Positions 40,496-50,899 of a DNA stretch of 64,000 bases are shown piece after piece. The DNA lies in assembly GCF_026210795.1 (NCBI RefSeq), contig NC_089434.1, positions 1,178,001 to 1,242,000 on the forward strand, in the 5' to 3' direction. The position numbers were made by a program, and so were the translations under genes. Below the pieces are notes generated by a model. It saw nothing but the letters and a program-made list of their open reading frames with translations, searched no databases and was not told where the DNA came from. This stretch comes from Rhizophagus irregularis. Taxonomy: Eukaryota. Within the stretch, counting starts at the first letter, position 1. Each line of letters starts with the position of its first letter.

Positions 40496-42968
40496 TAGAG
40501 ATGTGCCATGCGCATTATGTGTTGCTATTATGCATTGCGCATAATGCGCATTATGCGCATGATAAATTTTGTAATAAATTATAAGTTGTAATTCTGGTAA
40601 ACTTTACACCCTAACTCCGGCCAAAATTATAAATTAACAAAAATGGAATTTATAATAAATTTGTATTACATTAGATCTTTCACAAAAAAAAATTTTTTTC
40701 TTCGTTCAATCAGTTCAAAAATGCCTCCAACTAGCCCTATTTGGGCTCACTTTAATAAACTTGGACATGTGGCTGGTTTTCGGCAAGCCCGTGCACAATG
40801 CAAATACTGTAATCATGAACTAAATGCTGCTGCTAACAAATGTATTGCACATTTAAAAACCTGTTCAAGTGCAAGTATAACAGTTCTCCAAGGATTTTTT
40901 GGGCCAGATTTTAAACTTAGTGCAAAACAACGTATTAATTCCCATTTACCAACAGAGCAAAATAATATTGTTACTATTAAGAAACAACCGCAAAAATCAA
41001 TAAATAATTTTGTTGACAAAATAACTTCAGCAGAACAAAATGAAGCTGAACTATTATTTGCACAAGCAGTTTACCGATGTGGATTATTCTTATCATTATC
41101 TGAACTAGAACCAATTAAAATTCTTTTTCAAAAACTTCGTCCTTGTTTTAAATTGCCCTCACGAAAAGCTTTATCAACAACATTACTTGACACGGTATAT
41201 GAGGATACAAAAGATGAAATAAATAATTTGATTAAATCAACTGATTATATTTGTTTGATTTCTGATGGATGGTAGGTGATATATTTTTTTTAACTATTAT
41301 TTATATATTCATTATAAATATCTTGTATAAATATTTTTAGGTCAAATATGTTGCAAGAACATTGGACAAATTATTTAATTACCACGCCAAGACCAGTATT
41401 TTTCTCTGCTCATCAAACTGGTGAAATCAAACAAACAGGAGAAAATATTGCAGCCGACATTGATAAAGTTATATCACAGATTGATCATTCCAAACTTTCA
41501 GCAATTATTACTGATAACGCATCTTCAATGAAGAAAGCATGGAAACTTTTGGCTATTAAATATCCAAACATAGTTTTCCTTGGCTGTGTAGCTCATTCCT
41601 TAAATCTTCTAATTGGTGATATTATGAAACTCCCTTGGGCGGATAGTACTATAAAAAATGGAAAGAAAATCGTTAAATATTTCAAATCACATCAAATTCC
41701 AGCTGCAGTTCTGAAACGATATCAAAGATCCAGTTATGATAAGCAAATTTCACTTAAATTACCTGTAAAAACACGTTGGGGATCATCAGCTATTTGCCTT
41801 AATTCACTTCAAGTAAATCAGCTTGCTATTGAATTAACGGTAACAGAATTATCACGTAATCAAACTGTTAGAATTGATGATGATATGAGAAGTATTGTAT
41901 TAAATGATGGGTTTTGGAAAGATGTTGATAATTTACTCAAAGTTCTCAACGAACTTGTTATTGGAATTTCTATGTTTGAATCGGATACACCTTTTTTATC
42001 TAAAGTATTAGATTGGTATTACAATCAATTAGAATCATCAGGTAAAATATCATTTTTTTCTTTGGTAAATATAATCTAAATTATTACTAATCAAATTTAA
42101 TTTCTCAAGTTTATGTTTTTGATATAAACGGAAATAATACGAGTATTAAAAATATTATCAAAAAAAGGTGGGAAAGTATTTACCACCCTGTTATGGAAGT
42201 TGCGCATCTGCTTGATCCATCATTCCATGGTTGCCATCTTACTTCTAATTCAATGGATAGAATTTCGCAGTTTATCCAAAAATATTATTCGGATAATGCA
42301 GTAATTATTTGGACACAAATCTTGAATTATAGGAGAAAAACTGGAGTTTTTGCGAATAAACTTGCTTGGGAAACTTCTGATAATGTTGATCCTATAACTT
42401 GGTGGAGTGGAAATTTTAGTGATTCTGCACCTGAACTTACTCAAGTAGCAAAAAAGGTTTTATCTATTCCAACATCATCTGCTGCGTCTGAAAGAAATTG
42501 GTCAGCATTTGCATACATTCATGATAAAAAACGAAACCGGTTGAGAGCTGATCGTGTCTTTAAATTAGTGTATATTTATAGCAATTATAGATTACAAATG
42601 CCACGAGAAACGCCAGAATGGAAAGGGTTTACAAACGGGTTTGATAAAAATACTTCGTTAGACGGGGGAGTTGTAGATGACGAAATTCAAAGTTCAGGCG
42701 AAAATGAAGAAAGTGATTATGATGAAGATGTAAATAGTAGTAGTGAAAACGAAGAGAGTTTTAATGATAATGAAGCTGATGACTCTGATGTATCTTGTTA
42801 ATAATTCAGTAAAATAAATAATAAAAAATTTTATTTTTTTGTAAAGAAATCGTATTTTTTTTTTTCTGTATAACAGTACTATGTGTATCATGTGCATGAT
42901 GCGCATGATGCGCATCATGCGCATCATGCGCGTGATAAAATGAAATTTCCGCATTTTGCCCATCCCTA
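40496..42968 (+). mobile_element. Full-length hAT DNA transposon, 2473 bp
   Basis: 8-bp TSD catgcgac at 40488-40495 and 42969-42976. TIRs TAGAGATGTGC / TAGGGATGGGC (9 of 11 match). Subterminal atgcgca(t) repeats at both ends. Empty site gtcacatgcgactgctgtac in sibling units. Confidence 0.96.
40721..42801 (+). CDS. hAT transposase with BED zinc finger, 647 aa
   Basis: Exons 40721-41271, 41341-42041, 42110-42801 join in frame (1944 nt). BED finger WAHF..CKYC..H...C; catalytic SDGW, ITDNA and SAASERNWS; CVAH; TRW; C-terminal dimerisation region WW...PEL..VA..VLSIP. Confidence 0.93.
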
Positions 42969-43013
42969 CATGCGACTGCTGTACGATATAGAAAAATTAT
43001 TGCAATACTTTTA

Positions 43014-43265
43014 TCGGTAAGTCACTCTTTATCGGTAAGACAAATACCAGTGGTGTAGGGTCAACGTGTATGGTGATATTTAGCAGTGTGTAACGGTGTG
43101 TAAAATAAGGGGTGTGAACCATACGCAGGTGATGAATAGCATTTCGGCCACTCAAAATCACGTGTTTGGCCCATCGTGTTATTTATCACCTATGTAAACT
43201 GTCACATAGGGGACCATACACTACACATTTCCTTGACCCCTACACCACTCATCTCCGTAGCACTC
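43014..43265. mobile_element. 252-bp insertion with subterminal inverted repeats
   Basis: Absent from sibling units. Bounded by a tactttta direct repeat (43006-43013, 43266-43273). Internal IR agtggtgtagggtcaa (43049-43064) and ttgacccctacaccact (43233-43249). Confidence 0.72.
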
Positions 43266-44079
43266 TACTTTTAATTAAAAAAAGGAAAATCCACGTTTGA
43301 AAAAAAAAAGTTGAAAAAAATTAGATGGTGAAACTTATATGTTATTTGTCTCAAATATTTACACTTCAAAGACTTTTTTTAAAAAAAAAAATTATTAAAT
43401 TATTAAATTTTTATTCATCTAATTTTTCATATTTTTTTCTTATAATAATATTATTGTATTAATAATAATATTTGCAAAATAAACTTGTCTGTAACATTCT
43501 TCTTTAAATTTAATAATAATTTAATAGTAATGACTGTGCTTTATTCCGTATTATTGATACTTTCCATTTTACCTTCTCACAAATTTTTAGTTCACTTAAA
43601 AGTAATTTCATTGCTAAAGTCAGAATTTTGTGCAAATGTAACAATTCAGAACTCGATAGGATTTAATTTGGGATAAACCAATTTTGGATTATAATAAACT
43701 TTTTTCTTAAACCAATTAATAATTTTGTTAGTTACTATATGCCCGATTTTTTATTATAAATTTCATGATACTTACTGGGGATTGGATAGACTTTATGATA
43801 TATTAAGTATTTTAATATATCATTGATCTGTAACGTACTACGTTATGCTTATTTAGATTGAAATAAAAAAAAATAAATAAAAAATTCTTAATTTTACCAA
43901 AAAAAATAAATAACCGAACAAATACTTTTGAAGCGTTAATATAATAATGAAGATCGTTTCTTTTGATATACGACTAATCTGAAGCATCTTTCTTTCCTAA
44001 AATTTGACTTCCAGTAGTGTATATGTTGTGATTACGATATGATACATATTTAAATGGATTATCTCGTGCAAATTGATTT

Positions 44080-44725
44080 ATATTTTAGTGTTTTGGACGA
44101 AATCGAAACTAAATCCTTAGCGAAACTTCCAAGACTGGCGAAGCTAACTTTCGTAACTTTCGTGGCTTGGCAAAACATAGTATTTTTATTTTTTGTGATA
44201 CATAGTATACAGTATATGTTAGCACTACAAAACAACCAAATCGCAAGTTTTTCAATTTTTATAGTATCATTGGCTTTAGTTTTTTTTTTTTGACGTATAG
44301 TTATAGCCTAGAAGGCACATTTGGGAAGCTAAGTGTTAAAAAGGTAAAATCTTTTATAGACATTATTGAAAAAGTGACGATTAACTGTCGAAAGAGAATA
44401 AGCATTTGCGTCTCTTTATTATAACAATATTTGATTTTTTTCTATTTATTTATTATATTATAAACTTTTATTGTTAAATTTGCTCAAAACACGATATTTA
44501 TTTCTTCTGTATAAATTCTAGCTACATAAATAATGAGAAATATTTATTGCGTTATGTATAAACATGTCTTACTCTTTCGTGAGAATCACAAGTAAATACA
44601 TAAATTTAGCCACCAATTAAAATCCTTCACGTGACACTTTTAGTTTCACAAGGGAAGCGCGAAACTAAAAAATTGGCGAAACGTTTCGCCAATTGCAAAT
44701 CAGTTTTGCCCGAACATTAAAATAT
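44080..44725. mobile_element. Old ~645-bp non-autonomous TIR element
   Basis: Interrupts the ctcgtgcaaattga...tttatctcaatata block of the repeat unit. Degenerate TIRs atattttagtgttttggacgaaa vs reverse-complemented atattttaatgttcgggcaaaa. Subterminal (g)cgaaac motifs. No clean TSD. Confidence 0.55.
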
Positions 44726-45189
44726 ATTTATTTAAAAATATGTTTATCTCAATATAATCACAAAACAAATTGCAGCAATTTATTAAATTTACAAACTAAA
44801 AAGAAATTGTAAATAAAATGTTTAAAATAAAATACTAGAACATATAAATAGTAAAATGAAATATATAAATAGCAAAGAATAAATAAATTATAAAAAACTG
44901 ATAAATAATAATTTGAATTTATAATTTTTTTCGTATTATGTTGCAATGCTAATTCTTTGTATCTAAATAATTATATGTTGCGATATTTAATTTTAATTTA
45001 TAGTAATTCTTTCTTATCTAATAAATAATTATGTAAAAAAGCGATTAAATAGTGATTAAATTCGGTTTTCTTATTCTTGAATAAAAATTTGCCATTATCT
45101 ACTATAAAAAAACAAAAATAAAAAATATTTTTATTTTATAAAAATTTAAATAATTATTTTATTTACCAATTAGTATTAACGATCATACA

Positions 45190-47146
45190 TACCATGCTTT
45201 GAAGCTTGTCAATGTTAAATACTTTGGAGCTACCTAAAATTATTAAAAATTTGTTATTCGTTTGTCTATTTCAATTATGAAAAGAAATTTTTCCATTTAT
45301 TACGAATAAAATTATTATACTTTTTGAAGTCTGACTATTTACTAAAATCTTCGACTAAAAAAAAAATAATCAACAACTAATTAATTTTTATATACTTAAA
45401 AAAAATTGTATTATTGTTATAAACTTACTATTATCAGGGATTTCAAAATCATATGGTTTACTGTGAAATGCTATGAAAAATTAAGATATTGTAAAAAATA
45501 GTTAAATACAAGGTTATTATAATTCCTAAAATTGTTTTAATTTAAATAATATTCTTAATATTTTGTAATGAAGAAATTAATAAATGTTAATTATACCTTC
45601 TAGTTCTTCTATTATTATTTGAAGAAAAAAGAAAAGTTTCTATTAATATAATGAGTTAAAAAAAAAATTAAATAATGTATCTAAAAATACCTTCTGTTGC
45701 ATTTCTTGGTTCTGGTAAATTTTCAAACTGATGAAGTTTACTCGTATACAATTCACTACTTGTATAACTTAATTCTTTTGATTTTAAGCTATTTGTTCTA
45801 TTTATTCTGAAGAAGTTATTTGTTGCTAATTTATTTGATGTATTTTGATATGAAACATTAATTTTTTTTATTTCACTCCAAAGAGTTATAATGTCAGGTC
45901 TTTTTAATGGATCCGAATCCCAACATTGTTCTATTAAATTTTTATATTCTAAAGGTGTTCCTGGTACAATCTTTGGTCTAATACCATTAACTATATTCAT
46001 TGCAAGATCGTAATTATGTTCATAATTAATAAACGGTGGTTGACTTGATGAAATTTCCCACATAAGCATTGCGACACTATAAACATCGGATTTAAAAGTA
46101 TATTCTCCTTCAATAATAACCTCTGGTGCTATATAAGGAAGATTTCCATATATACTTTTTAGTGGTCTACTTGCTGGACCACAAAATCCAAGATCACTAA
46201 TGCAGATATTTTGAAAATAGTGATCATATAATATATTTTTGGAATGTAAATCTCTATGGATTTTATTCTCTCCATGAATTCTATCAAGTGCATCAATTAT
46301 TTTAAAAGCAATGAAAATTCTTTTTTTCCATGTAAGTTGTTTATAATTTCGTTGTAAATATTTTCTTAAATCCATGTCCATTTTTTTTATTACAAGCATA
46401 TAATTTCCATTTGATGGATTTTGTGTTAAACCATAACATCGAACAATACTATCTTCCCATTTATTACTTATAGTTAAATGTGACTTAGCCTAAAACAATG
46501 TTTATGATAATATAAAATATTAATAATCTTTTACTATTACTTTTTTAAACAAGTAGACTTATTTACAAACCTCTTCAAACCATCTTTGATTTTCATTTTC
46601 AAAATTTCCTAATGTTTTAAGTATAACTTTTTCTATTCCAAATCTTTTTAACTTTTGTTTTTTAGAATTCCACTTATCATAGCTTCCACTAAACCAGCGC
46701 GCTCTATAAATTTCAGAGAATCCTCCTTTTGTTAAGAATTTAATATTATAAAGTTTATTGTATGGAACCCATTCAATTATATTACGTGGAAGAAGTGTTT
46801 CCATTTGACATTTCTGTATTAAAATATCAATGTTATTGTTTCCAGATGCCCAGCTTGAAAATTTTGCTTTTAAATAGTTTCGAACACAATATTCACAATA
46901 AAGTGTAGCCAAACATTCTTGGTTACAATTTTTACATATTCTCTTTGTTCCTGAATTAACACTAATTTTACTTGAATCATAAGTTTCATTTAAAATTCTT
47001 ATTGCTTCAGTTTTATCCTTTTTTTTAAGGGAATTATCAGAAAGAATTTTTTGTTTTACAAATTCATATCGATTATGTATATCATCGTAAATGTTATCAT
47101 CAATTAATTCAAATGCTCTAGTAACTGCGATATCTGCAGCAGACAT
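45190..47146 (-). CDS. TKL-family protein kinase, array copy K7 (most divergent; last tail exon deleted; 3' end approximate)
   Basis: ORFs 46559-47146 and 45668-46399 have intact HRDLHSKN/DLG/APE. Micro-exon at ~45597-45608. Junction tagtattaa|cgatcatacatacc at ~45180 removes the DVQINEE exon. Confidence 0.88.
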
Positions 47147-47477
47147 GATGAAATTTTTGAAATTTTCTTAAAAACTTATTTTTTCTTAAAAAATTAAAAA
47201 TCAACATATAATTACGGTAACGACCAACGGATAATTAAAAAGTTTTTGCACAAACCGGATGTACAATAACTGATAAATGGAGAAAATTCTCGTAATGTTT
47301 GATTTTAAATAACTAGTGGTCGTTCTTAACAATGGGCTATATGGGGGGATATTTCTCCTGATGCAGGGGTGTAATACAATTGTATTTCTTACGATAAGGG
47401 GTATTGGGGTAATAATAATTACTAATTACAGTACGGTTATTATTTTTTTTGTTTCACACGAATAATTTTACATAAGA

Positions 47478-47720
47478 AAGTCGGTCCTCGATATAACGAC
47501 GTTAATGCGATAGCGAATTATTCGATATTATGAAATTTGATGTAATGCAGTAAAATAAAAACCAAACAACATTTGTAAAAATAGTAAATTTGCCTATTTG
47601 AGAAAAATTTCATGAAAATCAACATCATTTATCTTGCAATAATAAATCTTCGTTATACTAAACAAAAAAAATTCGTTTAAAACAAAAATTTAGCTATTTT
47701 GTTATATTCGGGTTATAAAA
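47478..47720. mobile_element. Possible decayed pogo/Tigger-like MITE
   Basis: cctcgatataacga near the left end and inverted tcgttata / tgttatattcggg motifs near the right end. Termini eroded, no TSD seen. Confidence 0.35.
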
Positions 47721-50700
47721 ATTACTTTGTTGAATGGTATACCACATTTAATTAGTGATATTCGGTTATAACTTTTTCTTATGTTAAAATCGGTACCACA
47801 CGTCCACACGTTGTATTGTGGAATTATTTATATCAAAATTCGCTATAAAAAGGGTCTATAATATTAAAAATAAGCTTTACCTAAATTGTAACTAAGCTAG
47901 ATGAATTTGTTGTTTTATCAATTATGTATTTAGATAATAATTTTTCATATTTCATAACTAGTATGAATCCTGAAGATTATAGTGATTAGTCAGTATTTGT
48001 GCATGACTACAATTCTATATGTTAATTTTAGCTTAGAAATAATTCGAGATCAAGCACTCCGAGTTTTTAAAATGAATTTATTTGGCTTGATAGACGCCAC
48101 ACTAATATTGGCGTATAATCTTAATGTACGTTAAACCATACATTACACAATATGATAGGGAATTCTTGACGTTGATTGGTTAAAAATACTTATATAAACA
48201 CTGTGATTTTCATGTGAATATTTTTTTTTTATAATTCCACGACCTTCCAAAACGAAAATTAGTTTATAAAAAAGGGACAACAACGGCAGATGAAAAAAAG
48301 ATATAATCTATTTGTAAAAAGAGAAGAATGGGGAAACGAGAATGGTAGTGAGCGGAAAGTTGGCATGCCAAAAGAAATGCTTTTTTTGAAAAAGTAATAA
48401 GTAACTTCTTGAATTAATATAGACGAAAAAATACACAATTAGGAAAACTTTTTGACTAGTGAATATAAGCCAACATTTTATGACAATTAGAGTATGTGCT
48501 TACGCTTCCATACTATATCATATGGCTATTGCCTTCTCCAATGTTTGCTGTTTGCTGCAAAAGGAACTGCATTAATTACGAAGTTTTCTCGACGATAAAT
48601 AATGATACAAGTCCAGTATAACTTCTAGATAATTTATTTAGTATGAACAGTGGGGAAACAAGATCTCTAAAGCCCAATCTAGAGATCGAAAGGAAGAATT
48701 TTGCGCACAAAAAAAAATCTTAAAAGAAAGGAACCATTTCGAATGGTTGAATCATTTATATTTGAAAAATAAAAGCGAGATAGCTGCATTTACCATACCG
48801 TACTCGTGTAACTCGTAATCGGGCAACTTATTAGGTTGAACTCCAAGTGTATACAAGAAAAAAACCATCTGTTTAATTATGAAGATGATGCAGCAGGAAA
48901 ACAAGGTGGAGCAAATCACCCCATTGAAAGTTCTTGATTCGGTTCAATCACTTCAAGAGTAAAAAAAAATAATAATTATCTTTGAGAGTTGCAGAACGCT
49001 ACTTTCAGTCATAGAAACAAAGCGAATTAAAATAGCATTGCTATATATTATTGATATTTTATTTAATATACCATGATCATGAATTATGATCATGAACTTG
49101 TGGAATGACGAGAAAATTTTTTAATATGAAAAATGATGAACGAGTTTTTGATCATCGTAATATACCAAAAATTCGTCTTCAATTTAGAAAAAATCAAAAT
49201 GATTATTGAACAAGTGAACATCTTATTGGTCGAATAAGACAAAAGTTTTGATGCAGTGTCTTCGAATTGTATTGGATTATTTACGGATTTTAGCCCTGAT
49301 CATGTTCTATTAAATCTGATGCGTTGGTGGGAAGTAAAATAAGGTTAAAACCTGATGGTAAACAAAACATCAAAAGCGACCGATAGTGAATGAAAAAGAT
49401 GAACCCGAAATAGTGCAACAACTATTACAGTAATTTATATGAATTGTGGAGAGAAGGATTTTATGCATATTGTCAAATATGTAAAGATAAGATTGATGAC
49501 ATGACTAGAGCAAATTTCTATACACTGCCAAATTCCTTCCTTACGATTTGATTTTTTTTAGCAGTCATAAATGTAATTTTTACTCCAAATTTCAATATTA
49601 ATTGAACTTCATTGAAAGATATTGAGGAACCATTAAAGCGATATACCCGTGAAAACTGTGATCAGGAGATCTGCAGAGAACTTTTCCCTCAGGATTTAAT
49701 TCTGTAAATATCATTACAATTGGAAAGCTGCGAGAAAGACGTAGAAATATGTGTGTTACTCAAGATCAACGTCTAACGTGTGTCACTTGTCGATAGAAAA
49801 TAGCTTTAACTAAACATTATTTATCACGTTGATGAAATATTAATTCTTCGATATCGATACGGCGAAATCTGAAGCACCAATTATCCTTCATTTCTAAATT
49901 TATTCTTTGTGATGGTTAGTTGTGATGGTGATGGCGCGCCATTAATTCTTCGCGTACGTGTCGACGATTTTTGTTGACAGTCTGCATACAGTAAGTTCGA
50001 AGGTATAATATTGGGTATGTAAGGGCAAAAATAAGATATAGATTGATTTAACTTAATGAATATACGATTTAATTTGATTTAATTTGCCAATTATTCAATT
50101 ATTTAGGAACAAGAAACTTAATTTACAGTATCTTCTACATTTAAAGAGTGGTTTTGACGCAAGAAGAAATTGCTTGCGATTTAAAAATAATGTTGAAATT
50201 AATAGGATTAGGGCGTTATATGCTGACGATCATGGTGATAGACGCATTGAAGAACTTTCAGAGTACTAGGAATGTTGTCGCGTAATTAACAAAGACCACT
50301 TCGAGCGAGAAAAACTATTTGAATCGTACAAATACCCTAGAATAAATTCATATTAGAGATCGACGAGTAAAGGAAGACTTTATGATAACTACTTTATTCT
50401 TTCATGACAATCAAAAAGAGCTTCGCTTATCTCACTTTTTATTGTTTTACATTCATTTCTACATCTGATCGAAACAAAAACTTTACCATGAAATAATATT
50501 CTTAACTATTGCAGTATAATCTATTTGTTAAAAAAAAATTTTTTTTGGGAAATAATTCCTAATATGTATTTGTTCTCTATATCGATAATATCAATTGTTA
50601 TTGTTCAGTCGATTAGTAGCATTAATTCCTATTGATATGTCTCTCTTCCTCCATCTAATAATCCAATAAATACCATTCGATAACTTAGTTTAATTATTGT

Positions 50701-50899
50701 GACGATTGCTAATTAAATTTACTGCTTAGTTCGGTTTTTGAACAATGACTTTTGTCAATATTAAAGTTGTAAAGGTAACGTAAATATCAGTAAATTTTTA
50801 TCGCAAAAAAAAAAGATAATACCAATTTGTAATAAAAAATATTATGTAAACCGTAAAATATTATTTTTAAATTTTTAAACGTTGTTAAATGATAACAAT

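Noticed and set aside
40643..42801. Three separate ORFs suggesting a broken transposase
   Set aside because: Two canonical introns join them into one uninterrupted 647-aa frame.
18107..47146. Diversity-generating retroelement as the cause of kinase variability
   Set aside because: No reverse transcriptase or template/variable repeat pair is visible. Paralog divergence plus conversion explains the pattern.
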